Source: Frankiales bacterium (GTDB lineage: Bacteria > Actinomycetota > Actinomycetes > JAWWOL01). From it: DNA of 64,000 bases. The translations under genes and the position numbers were made by a program. The number at the start of each line of letters is the position of its first letter. Position 1 is the first letter of the stretch. The stretch lies in NCBI GenBank assembly GCA_033851545.1, contig JAWWOO010000105.1:2988-66987 (forward strand). Direction: 5' to 3'. Of the stretch, positions 1 to 9,535 are shown piece by piece. The notes below the pieces were generated by a model, which was not told the DNA's origin, searched no databases, and worked only from the letters and a program-made list of their open reading frames with translations.

Positions 1-518
1 CGCAAGGCGGGCACCTGTCCGCCGTACAGCTGAGCGGGCTGCTGCTGGCGACCCTCGCCACCATCGGCGTGAGCGCGTCCGGGTCCGCTGACGACGCTTC
101 GCCGCCGGCCCGTACGCCGCTGGTGCTGGCGTTCGTTTCCGGCCTGGGGTTCGGGTTCGTCACGGTCGGGATCGGCGAGGGCGCCCGCTCCTCGGTGCTG
201 ATGACCCTGCTGGTCATGCGCTCGACAGCGTCGGCGATCCTGCTGCTGGTCTGGTTGGTGCTGCGGCAGCGGCCGTCCCTCGGCGTACGGGACGCTGCCG
301 GTCTGTGGCTGGTCGGGCTGGCCGACGCCGGGGCCAACGCGATCTACGGCTCAGCGGTACGCCTGGGCGTGTTCAGCATCATCGTCGTGCTCGGGTCGCT
401 CTATCCGGCGGCCACGGTGCTGCTGGCCCGGCAGGTGCACGGCGAGCGGCTGACCCGGCTGCAGCTGATCGGCGTCGCCGCGCTGCTGGTCGCGGTGCCG
501 ATGATCACAGCCGGCTGA
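1..518 (+). CDS. EamA/DMT-family transporter, C-terminal half (5' end outside window)
   Basis: The frame is open from base 3 to TGA 516-518. The product is a run of hydrophobic helices (LVLAFVSGLGFGFV, ILLLVWLVL, IIVVLGSLYPAATVLLA, LIGVAALLVAVPMI), as in the second EamA repeat. Codons are GC3-rich. Confidence 0.6.
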   Translation, partial: QGGHLSAVQLSGLLLATLATIGVSASGSADDASPPARTPLVLAFVSGLGFGFVTVGIGEGARSSVLMTLLVMRSTASAILLLVWLVLRQRPSLGVRDAAGLWLVGLADAGANAIYGSAVRLGVFSIIVVLGSLYPAATVLLARQVHGERLTRLQLIGVAALLVAVPMITAG

Positions 519-524
519 GCCTGG

Positions 525-1436
525 TCACCGGGAGGCCTCTGGCGTGCCCGGGAGCCGGCCGTGGGCCCGGAGCACGATCAGGGCGCGTAAGGTCACTAGT
601 CCGCGCCATTCCGCCGCCTGGCCTGGTGACCAGGCGAGCCAGTCGAAGTCCCAACCGCCGTCATCCTGCTGTTCCGCCTCGAGCTGCAGGAGCCCCCGCG
701 CAATCTGCTCGTCGGTGAACATCGCGCGGCTTCGGGCACCGGGTCGCGGCGAGAGTGTCAAAGCGCTCAGGCTCTCGCCCTCGGTGCCCCCGGGGACGTC
801 AACTGAGCCGTCAGCACCGAGGAGCGGTCGCAGCTGTTCGATCGCCTCGAGACACCGCTGTTCGTCGTGCTGGCTGTCGAGAAAGTCCAGCGCGAACTTC
901 AGCCAGTAGGCGCCGAGGGCGGCCGGGTCGGCGAGCTTGCGCCAGCACCATGTCGTGGCCTGAGCCAACCACGACGAGGCTGCTCCGGCCTGCGTCAGGT
1001 GCGCGACGAGACCGAACGTGAGATGCGAGCCGCCGGCCTCCGGCACCATCCAGGGGGCGTGTGGGTAGGCGGCGGCGGAAGGCAGGACGAAGGGGACGCC
1101 ACCATCGCTGTCGGCGATCCCCGCCACCCAGTCGGCGACGTCGGTGACCATCGGCTCGTGGAGGCGACCCACCTCTGCCAGGACCTCGAGGCCGTGCAAC
1201 GCGGCGGTGGTCTCGCTGTTCGGGGCGCGCACGTCAGGTTCGAGGGCGTGGCCGAAGCCGCCGTCGTCGTTGCGGTAGGCGCGCAAGGTGTTCACCACGG
1301 GGGTCGCCGCGGCGCCGTGCAGGAGCACGGCCGCGCGGTGGCGGTCCAGCAGACGGGCGTTTGCGTGGATGAACCGCTCGGCGGCAACAAGGTCGATCGT
1401 CACGAAGTCCAGCCTAGGGTGCCCGCTCACCGGCAT
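525..1436 (-). CDS. prenyltransferase/terpene-cyclase-like alpha-alpha toroid repeat protein
   Basis: ORF 525..1745 trimmed to ATG 1436 (MPVSGHPRL). It carries repeated DGG motifs (NDDGGFGH, DSDGGVPF, QQDDGGWDF). The upstream ~100 codons are Arg/Gly/Ala-rich junk. Confidence 0.55.
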   Translation of the reverse strand: MPVSGHPRLDFVTIDLVAAERFIHANARLLDRHRAAVLLHGAAATPVVNTLRAYRNDDGGFGHALEPDVRAPNSETTAALHGLEVLAEVGRLHEPMVTDVADWVAGIADSDGGVPFVLPSAAAYPHAPWMVPEAGGSHLTFGLVAHLTQAGAASSWLAQATTWCWRKLADPAALGAYWLKFALDFLDSQHDEQRCLEAIEQLRPLLGADGSVDVPGGTEGESLSALTLSPRPGARSRAMFTDEQIARGLLQLEAEQQDDGGWDFDWLAWSPGQAAEWRGLVTLRALIVLRAHGRLPGTPEASR

Positions 1437-1559
1437 AGACCCTGCACGGAGGCCTGATCCGTCACCGTCGTCGCGCCGGGCCGACACGCCGGGACGAATC
1501 CCCCTCCGCCCCGCAGGGGCGTGACACCGTGAGCACAGTTGCGACCAGGGAGGTGCCCC

Positions 1560-1727
1560 ATGCTCGACCACCGGTACTGCCCCGTCTGCCACGCCGAGAC
1601 CGAGGTGGAGCTGCTGCCCTGCCTGGACGGGCACGGCGAGGACTGCACCGAGCGGGTCTGCACAGCCTGCAGCAGCGCGATCTTCGCCGGCCTCGTCCCC
1701 GCGGCCGGCCTGCGCCGCGCCTCCTGA
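1560..1727 (+). CDS. small six-cysteine (zinc-ribbon-like) protein, 55 aa
   Basis: ATG 1560 lies 7 nt after GGAGG (1549-1553). Almost every codon ends in G/C. Cys pattern is C7-x2-C10-x10-C21-x7-C29-x4-C34-x2-C37. It ends 25 nt before the hemE start. Confidence 0.6.
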   Translation: MLDHRYCPVCHAETEVELLPCLDGHGEDCTERVCTACSSAIFAGLVPAAGLRRAS

Positions 1728-1752
1728 CCCACCGCGTGGGAGCATCGGTCAG

Positions 1753-2817
1753 GTGACCACTGCGCCCTCTGTTGTCCCCGCCCACCCTGGTCTTGCCGAC
1801 AGCGCTTTCCTGCGGGCATGCCGCCGGGAGCCGGTGCCGCACACGCCGGTGTGGTTCATGCGCCAGGCCGGGCGGTCACTGCCGGAGTACCGCAAGGTGC
1901 GCCAGGGCATCGCGATGCTCGACTCCTGCATGGACGCGGCGCTGGTCCACGAGATCACGATGCAGCCGGTTCGCCGCTACGGCGTTGACGCGGCGATCTT
2001 CTTCAGCGACATCGTGGTGCCGCTCAAGGCCAACGGCTTCGGCGTGGACATCGTCCCGGGCGTCGGTCCCGTGGTCGCCGACCCGATCCGGACGATCGCG
2101 GACCTGGACCGGCTGCCGCCCCTGGACCCGTCGGCACTCGGCTTCGTCACCGAGGCGATGGGCACCCTCGTACGGGACCTCGGGGAGACGCCGTTGATCG
2201 GCTTCGCCGGGGCGCCCTTCACCCTCGCCAGCTATCTGATCGAGGGCGGCCCGTCCAAGAACCACGAGAAGACCAAGGCGCTGATGTACTCCGGCGACCC
2301 GCTGTGGGCTGCGCTGCTGGACCGGCTCGCCGACATCACGCTGTCGTTCCTGCGAGTGCAGGTCGCTGCCGGCGCCTCTGCCCTGCAGTTGTTCGACTCC
2401 TGGGCAGGGGTCCTGTCGGCGCGTGACTACCAGCAGTACGTGCTGCCCGCAAGCGCCAAGGTTCTCGGCGGACTTGCCGACCTCGGAGTGCCGCGGATCC
2501 ACTTCGGCGTCGGCACCGGCGAGCTGCTCGGCCTGATGGGGTCGGCTGGCGCCGACGTCGTGGGGGTGGACTTCCGGCTGCCGCTGGACCAGGCCGTCCC
2601 CCGGATCGGCACCGGTCGGGCCGTGCAGGGAAACCTCGACCCAGCAGTGGTTTTCGCCCCGTGGGACGCCGTCGCGACGCAGGTGCGCCGGGTGCTGGCG
2701 GAGGGGCGCGCGGCCGAGGGTCACGTGTTCAACCTCGGCCATGGGGTGCTGCCGGCAACCGACCCGGACGTACTCACCCGGATCGTCGACCTGGTGCACG
2801 CCGAGTCCGCTCGATGA
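1753..2817 (+). CDS. hemE: uroporphyrinogen decarboxylase
   Basis: N-terminal signature [16 protein letters not shown], full-length ~354 aa, GTG start. Confidence 0.95.
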   Translation: MTTAPSVVPAHPGLADSAFLRACRREPVPHTPVWFMRQAGRSLPEYRKVRQGIAMLDSCMDAALVHEITMQPVRRYGVDAAIFFSDIVVPLKANGFGVDIVPGVGPVVADPIRTIADLDRLPPLDPSALGFVTEAMGTLVRDLGETPLIGFAGAPFTLASYLIEGGPSKNHEKTKALMYSGDPLWAALLDRLADITLSFLRVQVAAGASALQLFDSWAGVLSARDYQQYVLPASAKVLGGLADLGVPRIHFGVGTGELLGLMGSAGADVVGVDFRLPLDQAVPRIGTGRAVQGNLDPAVVFAPWDAVATQVRRVLAEGRAAEGHVFNLGHGVLPATDPDVLTRIVDLVHAESAR

Positions 2818-3329
2818 CCTGGGCGGCACCCGCACCTCTGCCGGTGGATGGCCCGCTCTCCGGCGACGACCGGCCGATACTCGAGGGCTACTTGGCCTGG
2901 GAACGCGCAACTCTGCTCAATATCTGCGCTGGGCTGACCGCCGAGCGGCTGGCCATGCGGTCGATGCCACCCTCGACGTTGTCACTGCTCGGGCTCGTAC
3001 GGCACGTCGCCAAGGTTGAGCGGATCTGGTTACGGCAGCGGGCGGCTGGTGAGGCGGTCGAGCCGATGTACGACCTGTCGCTGGCCAAGGACACCGACTT
3101 CGACGACGGCTCGGCCGGGTCGGCGGAGGCCGACTTCGCCCGGCTGCAAGCTGAGTGGGTGCTGGCGGACGCGGCCGTGGCCGTCCTGCCGTTCGACCAC
3201 ACGTTCGTCCTGGGCGACGACACGTGGTCGCTGCGGATGGTCTACGTGCACCTGATCGGCGAGTATTCCAGGCACAACGGCCACGCCGACCTGCTCCGGC
3301 AGGGGATCGACGGTGTCACGGGCCGCTGA
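2814..3329 (+). CDS. DinB/DUF664 (mycothiol-transferase-like) family protein
   Basis: ATG 2814 overlaps the hemE stop (ATGA). The [12 protein letters not shown] ... [18 protein letters not shown] pattern is typical of four-helix DinB_2/DUF664 proteins. Confidence 0.75.
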   Translation: MTWAAPAPLPVDGPLSGDDRPILEGYLAWERATLLNICAGLTAERLAMRSMPPSTLSLLGLVRHVAKVERIWLRQRAAGEAVEPMYDLSLAKDTDFDDGSAGSAEADFARLQAEWVLADAAVAVLPFDHTFVLGDDTWSLRMVYVHLIGEYSRHNGHADLLRQGIDGVTGR

Positions 3330-4119
3330 GCCGGCGGGCGACGATCACCCAGGCTGTGTTGACCTCCTCGAGCGGCCCTTCACCGAGCCGCGCCGTCATC
3401 TCCTCCGCGAGCCGGTCGGTCAGCGCCGCCAGCTCCCCCCGCTCCTGCAGGGCGAACCGCAGCGGTGAGCCCAGGGCGAACCCTTCGGCGACCGTCCTTG
3501 CCGAGACGGCGGTCCCGGAGAGCACCAGCCGGTCGATGCTCACCGCCTCGAGTCCACCCGCCACGAGGTCTGCCCGGATCTGCTCGGGGTCGGAGTAGCC
3601 GTGCGGCACCCGGACGATGAAGCTCGGCGGGTCCTCGGGCAGGACCGCTGCGAGGCTCTGGACCATCGCGTGGGGGAAGGGGGACGCCGTCACGACGTCC
3701 CACACCGCAAAGACCATCGCGCCGCCGGGTGCCAGGACCCGGGCCGTCTCCGCGAACGCCGCCGGCTTGTCCGGGAAGAACATCACGCCGAACTGGCAGC
3801 TGACGACGTCGAAGGATCCGTCCGGGAAGTCGAGGTCCTGGGCGTCGGCCGGCAGCCACGTGGCGCCGCCGACATGAGCCTCGGCCCAGGCCACCATCGC
3901 CGGGTTGAGGTCGGTGGCGACTATCTCCGCCGCCGGCAGGGCCTGTACGAGCTCCGCCGTGCCGATCCCCGTTCCCGCGGCGAGCTCGAGGACCCGGCGC
4001 GGGGACATCGCCGCAACCGTTGCGGCGAGGTGGGCGGCGAAGGGCTGGAACAGCGCAGGGCCGAGGGCCCGGTGGTAGATCTCGGGCATCGTCTCGACCC
4101 AGGCGGTGTCTGCGCTCAT
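3316..4119 (-). CDS. class I SAM-dependent methyltransferase
   Basis: SAM-binding motif VLELAAGTGIGT followed by ATDLNPAMV and a VVSCQFGVMFF core. ATG start at 4119. Confidence 0.85.
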   Translation of the reverse strand: MSADTAWVETMPEIYHRALGPALFQPFAAHLAATVAAMSPRRVLELAAGTGIGTAELVQALPAAEIVATDLNPAMVAWAEAHVGGATWLPADAQDLDFPDGSFDVVSCQFGVMFFPDKPAAFAETARVLAPGGAMVFAVWDVVTASPFPHAMVQSLAAVLPEDPPSFIVRVPHGYSDPEQIRADLVAGGLEAVSIDRLVLSGTAVSARTVAEGFALGSPLRFALQERGELAALTDRLAEEMTARLGEGPLEEVNTAWVIVARRLSGP

Positions 4120-4143
4120 GTCGGCATCATGTCGGCATCATGT
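4117..4143 (-). repeat. 11-bp tandem repeat (ACATGATGCCG x2 plus ACATG) spanning the serpin stop and the methyltransferase start
   Basis: Read directly on the minus strand: GTG ACATGATGCCG ACATGATGCCG ACATG AGC. Each copy carries an ATGA stop/start overlap. Confidence 0.9.
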
Positions 4144-5370
4144 CACTGAGGGATCACCCACGGAGGCAAGGAACAGCGGCGTGTGCGTGGCCACGTCCTC
4201 GAGCAGCAGCAGGAACGGCCGGTCGAAGCTGAGCGAGCGCTCCGGCTGTGCCTCCGCGGACGACTCCACGGCGATGCCGGTGGCGCCGGCGGCGACCGTG
4301 CCGAGCTCGTCCACGGTCATCACGTCCTTCTGCACGACCTGGCTGATGATCGAGCCGCCCAGCCCGCTGTAGTCGCCGTCCAAGGGCAGCCCCATGCCGG
4401 CGAGGGTCTTCAGCAGGTCGTGCGTCTGGTCCAGGTGCATCTGCGGCAGGGCGACGCTGGTCCGGCCGGTCGTGCTCTCCGTGAGTCCTTTTAGCTCGGC
4501 TGCCGTGGGCAGCGCGCAGGCCTTGGTGCCTTTGGGTGGCAGGATCGCGACCGCCTGCAAAGTGCCTGATCTGTAAAGGATCTGCGCTGCCTGCCAGCCG
4601 CCAGCGGAGCTGTAGCCGGCCGACTTGGCCGAGTCCATCAGCCACACCTGCTTGGCACCATCGCCTGTCGTGAAGGGCGACTTCGCCTGACGCAGCAGGA
4701 AGGGCTCGCGCCACTTCGCCTTCAGCACGATGGCGTTGGTCAACACGGCTGAGGTCTGCGGATCCACCGGCTGGTCGAACAGCTTGGGGATCAGACCGTC
4801 GGTGTCCTTACCCACCTGCGCGTTGATGGTGTCGGTCGCGGACTGCGCATGACGCAGGTAGTCCAACGTCTGCAGCGTGGCCCCGTACGCGGTCCGTACG
4901 TCGTCGAGGTACTTCGACGTCGGTGGGTTGCCCGCCGCGGGCCAGACCCGGTTCGACGTGCGCAGGGTGTCGTTCTTGCCGGTCGCCAGCCGGTCGAGGA
5001 TGGCCCGGTGGTCATGGACGGCAGCAACGACGGCCGGTGCCCAGACCGGCAGGTGCAGCAGCTTTGCCATGGCCTTGGCGGTGTCACCGCCGGTGGAGGC
5101 GTCGAGCAGGCCGAGCGCGTCGGCGGCGCTCGCGGGGGAGACCAGCGTGTTGGGACCGTCGGTGCCACAGACCTTGGCCATCAGGTCGAGGCCGAACTGC
5201 TGCTGCGCCGCGCTGACGTCCCGTGCGGTCAGGCTGCCCCGGTGGAGCTGCTCGACATTGCCGGCCAGCCGGGTCGGGATCGCCTGGGGGGCAGCGGTTT
5301 TCGTCTGGCCACAGCCGGCCAGCACCAGCGTGACAGCGGTGGCCGCGACGACTCCCGTACGGGCCCTCAT
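4138..5370 (-). CDS. serpin-family lipoprotein (serine protease inhibitor)
   Basis: Trimmed to ATG 5370 (MRARTGVVAATAVTLVLAGCGQ, a lipobox). Serpin hallmarks are LVSPASAADALGLL, the hinge ELGTVAAGATG, and the C-terminal FDRPFLLLLED. The start overlaps the upstream stop (ATGA). Confidence 0.9.
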   Translation of the reverse strand: MRARTGVVAATAVTLVLAGCGQTKTAAPQAIPTRLAGNVEQLHRGSLTARDVSAAQQQFGLDLMAKVCGTDGPNTLVSPASAADALGLLDASTGGDTAKAMAKLLHLPVWAPAVVAAVHDHRAILDRLATGKNDTLRTSNRVWPAAGNPPTSKYLDDVRTAYGATLQTLDYLRHAQSATDTINAQVGKDTDGLIPKLFDQPVDPQTSAVLTNAIVLKAKWREPFLLRQAKSPFTTGDGAKQVWLMDSAKSAGYSSAGGWQAAQILYRSGTLQAVAILPPKGTKACALPTAAELKGLTESTTGRTSVALPQMHLDQTHDLLKTLAGMGLPLDGDYSGLGGSIISQVVQKDVMTVDELGTVAAGATGIAVESSAEAQPERSLSFDRPFLLLLEDVATHTPLFLASVGDPSVT

Positions 5371-6437
5371 GGCGTTGCCTGCTCGGCCGGCCTGGCGGGT
5401 TGACGGTTCTTCAGCCAGACCCGCCGGCCCCACCAGGCCACCAGCGCCAGGACCAGGAACAGGCCGAGGAACGGCAGCACCGCGCCGACCACGGTGGCGA
5501 CGGCAATCGCAACGGTGGCGAACCCGCGGCCGCCTGCCTTGAGACCACCGACGAACCCGTGGATCGGGTGATGAGGCTTGGGAGCTGGCTTCGGCTTGGG
5601 CGGGACGACCACCGGCTTGGGCGGGGCGGACTGGAGGTGCAGGGTGAGCGTCGCCAGTGCCGACTGGGCCTTGAGGACGTTGAGCTTGCCCTCCATCGCC
5701 TCGAGGTCGGACTCGCGCTTGGTCAGCTCGCCCTCGACGCTGACGATCTGCCCGATGGTCGTTGCCTTGGACAGCAGCGCGCGGACCCGTTCGACGCTGG
5801 CCTTGAGGCTGCTGAGGCGGGCCTGGCTGTCGACGACCTGATCGGTGACGTCCTGCGAGTGCTGCTCGATGCTGAGCTCGGTGCCGAGCTTCTCGAGCCG
5901 GTTCAGCAGCGATCCGTAGTTCGCGGGCGGCACCTTGATGGTGATGTCCGCCTCCGCGATGCCCTGCGGCGCCGGGGTTTGCCCAGCCGGCACGGTCTGC
6001 GGCGTGTTGTCGGCCGCCTGGCCCTCGCGGGAGAAGACGTAGCCGCCGGCGTCCCGCGCAAATTGTTCGGCCTGATCCGCCTTGTCCGCGACCAGCTGTG
6101 CCGTCGCGACCTGCACGTTGACCGTGGCGGTGTAGATGATCGAACGGCCGGCGGTCGGGTCCGCCCCGAACGCCGGCCGGCCCTCCAGCGGGCCGTTGTT
6201 GGCGGCGGCGCTTGCCGCCGCAGAGGTGGCGGCCGCGGGAGCACCAGCGGAGGGTGCCCCTGCCGCGGCCGCGGCAGCCGCAGCGGCCGCGGCACCTGCC
6301 TGGGGGAGTCCCGCGCTGGTCCCGGCGGCGGACGTGGCCTTCGACGACCCGCTGCTAGTGCATCCCGTGGCGCCGAGCACGACCGCCAACGCCACCGCTG
6401 AGCCGATCGTCGCCCGTACCGTTCTGTGTCCGGTCAT
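5367..6437 (-). CDS. DUF4349-like lipoprotein with poly-Ala linker, coiled coil and C-terminal TM anchor
   Basis: Trimmed to ATG 6437 (MTGHRTV...LGATGCTSS, a lipobox). Contains an Ala12 run, the block IIYTATVNVQV...ITIKVPPANYGSLLNRLEKLG...QSQARLSSLKASVERV, and a C-terminal hydrophobic helix. Confidence 0.8.
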   Translation of the reverse strand: MTGHRTVRATIGSAVALAVVLGATGCTSSGSSKATSAAGTSAGLPQAGAAAAAAAAAAAGAPSAGAPAAATSAAASAAANNGPLEGRPAFGADPTAGRSIIYTATVNVQVATAQLVADKADQAEQFARDAGGYVFSREGQAADNTPQTVPAGQTPAPQGIAEADITIKVPPANYGSLLNRLEKLGTELSIEQHSQDVTDQVVDSQARLSSLKASVERVRALLSKATTIGQIVSVEGELTKRESDLEAMEGKLNVLKAQSALATLTLHLQSAPPKPVVVPPKPKPAPKPHHPIHGFVGGLKAGGRGFATVAIAVATVVGAVLPFLGLFLVLALVAWWGRRVWLKNRQPARPAEQATP

Positions 6438-6580
6438 GGTCCCCTCGTCTTCCGCCGGGCTCTGCCGAGCCACCCGTACGATCGGACGCTGCCGGTCCGT
6501 CGACGGTTCCACCGGCCTTGGACACGGATGGGTCACGATCCGGGCGCGCGGCCGTCGCCGGGGCATGACAGGCTGACCGG

Positions 6581-7966
6581 GTGATGCACGTGGTGGTGGT
6601 CGGCGGTGGCATCTCCGGGCTCGCGGCGGCCCGCGAGCTCGGCAGACGCAGCGCCCGGGTGACCCTGCTCGAGCGATCCGACCGTACGGGTGGCAAGCTG
6701 CGCGGCTCCGACGTCGCCGGCGTGCAGGTCGACGAGGGTGCCGAGTCGGTCCTGGCCCGGGTGCCCGAAGGCGTCGACCTGCTCCGGGCGGTCGGGCTCG
6801 GCGGCGAGATCGTCCACCCCGCCACGACCAAGGCGGCGCTGTGGAGCCGGGGCTCGCTGCGGCCGCTGCCCGCCAACACCGTCATGGGCGTGCCCGGCGA
6901 CCTGGCCAGCCTCGAGCGGTCCGGCGTGCTGTCGACCTCCGGGCTGGCCCGGCTCGCCCTGGATGTCCTGCTGCCGCGCACCTTTATGGGCGAGGACGTG
7001 TCCGTCGGGTCCTACGTCTCGGCGCGGCTCGGCCGTGAGGTCGTCGACCGGTTGGTGGATCCGCTGCTCGGAGGCGTCTACGCAGGCCGGGCGGATGACC
7101 TGTCGTTGCAGGCCACGCTGCCACAGCTTGCCCCGCTGGCCCGCACCCACCGCTCGCTGCTCCGCGCCGCGCGCGCGTCCCGGGCCTCGGCCGCGCACCT
7201 GTCCGGGCCGGTGTTCGCCTCCGTACCAGGAGGTCTCGGCCGTTTCGCCGAGGTGCTGACCGCTGCCGTACGAGCGCAGGGCGCTGAGGTCGCGACGATG
7301 ACGACTGCGCGCCGGCTGGAGCCCCGGCCTGGTGGCGGCTGGCGGGTGGTGACCGGGTCGACCGCGGACGAGAGCGTCCTCGAGGCCGACGCCGTGGTGC
7401 TGGCGACGCCGGCTGCCCCGACGGCGCGACTGCTGGCCGGTTGCGCCCCGGAGGCGGCTGAGGCCTTGGCGGGCGTCGAGTCCGCGTCGATGGCGATCGT
7501 CACGTTGGCCTTCTCTTCCGGGGTCGACCTGCCGGACCTGAGTGGCTGGCTGGTGCCGGCAGTCGAGGGCCGACTGGTCAAGGCGGTCACGTTGGTCGGG
7601 CGCAAGTGGCCGGGCGTCGGCAACGGCTCCGGTGCGATGTTCGTGCGCTGCTCGGTGGGCCGGTTCGGCGACGTGGCCGACCTGCAGCGCAGCGACGACG
7701 ACCTCGTGGCAGGCTGCCTGGCCGACCTGACCGACATGCTGGGTCCGGTCGGGACGCTGCTCGACTCCCGGGTCAGCCGGTGGGGTGGGGGGCTGCCGCA
7801 GTACGCCGTGGGGCACCTGGCGCGGGTCACGGCGGTGCGGGCCGGCGTCGCTGCCGTGCCCGGACTCGCAGTCTGCGGGGCGGCGTACGACGGCATCGGC
7901 ATCCCCGCCTGCATCCGCAGCGCCCAGACCGCCGTCGAGCAGGTGCTGCCGGTGCTGGTGGGATGA
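6581..7966 (+). CDS. hemY: protoporphyrinogen/coproporphyrinogen III oxidase (FAD-dependent)
   Basis: N-terminal dinucleotide-binding motif [14 protein letters not shown], ~460 aa, followed directly by hemQ. Confidence 0.9.
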   Translation: MMHVVVVGGGISGLAAARELGRRSARVTLLERSDRTGGKLRGSDVAGVQVDEGAESVLARVPEGVDLLRAVGLGGEIVHPATTKAALWSRGSLRPLPANTVMGVPGDLASLERSGVLSTSGLARLALDVLLPRTFMGEDVSVGSYVSARLGREVVDRLVDPLLGGVYAGRADDLSLQATLPQLAPLARTHRSLLRAARASRASAAHLSGPVFASVPGGLGRFAEVLTAAVRAQGAEVATMTTARRLEPRPGGGWRVVTGSTADESVLEADAVVLATPAAPTARLLAGCAPEAAEALAGVESASMAIVTLAFSSGVDLPDLSGWLVPAVEGRLVKAVTLVGRKWPGVGNGSGAMFVRCSVGRFGDVADLQRSDDDLVAGCLADLTDMLGPVGTLLDSRVSRWGGGLPQYAVGHLARVTAVRAGVAAVPGLAVCGAAYDGIGIPACIRSAQTAVEQVLPVLVG

Positions 7967-8676
7967 TGGACGACATGAGCGACGCTGTGGAGAGGCCCAA
8001 GGCCCGCGAGCTGAACAACGAGATCCGCTATGTGCTCTACGCGGTCTTCAAGGCCGAGACGGGTGACCTGTCCGAGCGCGAGGCCGCCGGAGCCGAGGTC
8101 GAGGAGCTGCTCGAGCAGTTCGAGGCCAAGGGCGTGCTGACCCGCGGTTGCTATGACGTCGCCGGGTTCCGGGCCGACGCCGACTTCCTGTTCTGGTGGG
8201 TGGCGCCGACCTCGGAGGACCTGCAGGCGGTCTACTCCGCGTTCCGGCGCACCCGCCTGGGCCGGGCCTGCGAGCCGGTGTGGTCCGCGATGGCCCTGCA
8301 CCGGCCGGCCGAGTTCAACAAGGGGCACATCCCGGCCTACCTCGCCGGCCTCGACCCCAAGAAGTACGTGTGCGTCTACCCGTTCGTCCGCTCGTACGAG
8401 TGGTATCTCCTGCCCGACGATGAGCGCCGGGCGATGCTGTCCGAGCACGGGCTGATGGCGCGCGAATACCCCGACGTGCGGGCCAACACGGTGGCCTCCT
8501 TCGCCCTCGGCGACTACGAGTGGATGCTGGCGTTCGAGGCTGACGAGCTGCACCGGATCGTCGACCTGATGCGGCACCTGCGAGGGGCGACGGCGCGGGT
8601 CCACACCCGGATCGAGGTGCCCTTCTACACGGGCGCCCGCAAGTCGGTCGGCGAGCTCCTCACCGCCCTGCCCTGA
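7963..8676 (+). CDS. hemQ: hydrogen-peroxide-dependent heme synthase (chlorite-dismutase family)
   Basis: ATG 7963 overlaps the hemY stop (ATGA). Conserved [17 protein letters not shown] and [28 protein letters not shown] blocks. Confidence 0.9.
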   Translation: MMDDMSDAVERPKARELNNEIRYVLYAVFKAETGDLSEREAAGAEVEELLEQFEAKGVLTRGCYDVAGFRADADFLFWWVAPTSEDLQAVYSAFRRTRLGRACEPVWSAMALHRPAEFNKGHIPAYLAGLDPKKYVCVYPFVRSYEWYLLPDDERRAMLSEHGLMAREYPDVRANTVASFALGDYEWMLAFEADELHRIVDLMRHLRGATARVHTRIEVPFYTGARKSVGELLTALP

Positions 8677-8691
8677 CCGTGTCCGTGGCCG

Positions 8692-9456
8692 TCAGATCGC
8701 CGAGCGGCCGCCGTCGACCGACAACGTGGCGCCATGGATGTTCGAAGCGTCGTCGCTGGCGAGGAACACGACCGCTGCTGCCACTTCCGCCGGGGTGCTC
8801 GCGCGGCGCGAGGGCAGGGCGGCCAGCATCGGGGCGAGCCGCTCCTGGATCATCTGCGAGGAGGCGATCTTGTCCGTCAGCGTGGGCCCCGGCGCGACGG
8901 TGTTCACCCGCACCCCGTACGGCCCGAACTCCGCCGCCCAGGACTTGGTGAGCGAGTGGATGGTCGCCTTGGTGGCGCTGTAGAGCGCCGACTCCGCCAT
9001 GCCGAACAGCCCGTTGATCGACCCTATGTTGACGATGGAGCCGGACCCTCGCGCGACCATGGTGGGCGCGACCAGCCCGGTGAGCAGGAAGGCCGCCCTC
9101 ACGTTGATCGCGAACGCGCGGTCGATCAGTCCCTCCTCGACGTCCGCCGTCGGTGCTGGGGTGATCAGCAGGGCAGCGTTGTTGACGAGGACGTCGAGGT
9201 GGCCGCCGGCGAGGACCGTTGCCTCTGCCGCCAGGGCCCGTACGGCGTCGGCTCCCTCAGCGAGGTCGGCGGTGACGAGGTCGGCCCGCCCGCCCGCGTC
9301 GACGATGCCCGCCACCACGAGCTTGCCGTTTTCGGCGTCGCGCCCGCTGACGATGACGTGGGCGCCCTCCGCGGCCAGGGCGACAGCGATCGCCGATCCG
9401 ATGCCGCTGGTCGAACCGGTGACCAGCGCCGTTCGTCCTTCGAGCCTTGCCGTCAT
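8692..9456 (-). CDS. SDR-family oxidoreductase
   Basis: Trimmed to ATG 9456, 4 nt after GGAGGA. TGSTSGIG cofactor motif, NNAA, and YSATKATIHSLTK (the YxxxK catalytic motif). Confidence 0.9.
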   Translation of the reverse strand: MTARLEGRTALVTGSTSGIGSAIAVALAAEGAHVIVSGRDAENGKLVVAGIVDAGGRADLVTADLAEGADAVRALAAEATVLAGGHLDVLVNNAALLITPAPTADVEEGLIDRAFAINVRAAFLLTGLVAPTMVARGSGSIVNIGSINGLFGMAESALYSATKATIHSLTKSWAAEFGPYGVRVNTVAPGPTLTDKIASSQMIQERLAPMLAALPSRRASTPAEVAAAVVFLASDDASNIHGATLSVDGGRSAI

Positions 9457-9471
9457 GACTTCCTCCATCTT

Positions 9472-9522
9472 TGGACTTCCTGGTCCACAACGTGCCATGC
9501 TAAAAATGGACCTGCAAGTCCA
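9472..9522. promoter_or_regulatory. two copies of the inverted repeat TGGAC-N6-GTCCA (candidate TetR operators)
   Basis: TGGACttcctgGTCCA at 9472-9487 and TGGACctgcaaGTCCA at 9507-9522, both in the 79-nt divergent SDR/TetR intergenic region. Confidence 0.5.
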
Positions 9523-9535
9523 AAAAGGAGTGGTC

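Noticed and set aside
6235-6300. GCN-rich repetitive DNA (GCC GCG GCA ...)
   Set aside because: It is the coding sequence of the poly-Ala tract of the DUF4349 lipoprotein. It is not a CRISPR array or a non-coding repeat.
6533-8604. Long minus-strand ORFs (427 and 508 aa) overlapping hemY and hemQ
   Set aside because: Their products are Arg/Pro/Gly-rich with no recognisable motifs. They lie antisense to genes with clear family signatures. These are typical shadow ORFs of high-GC DNA.
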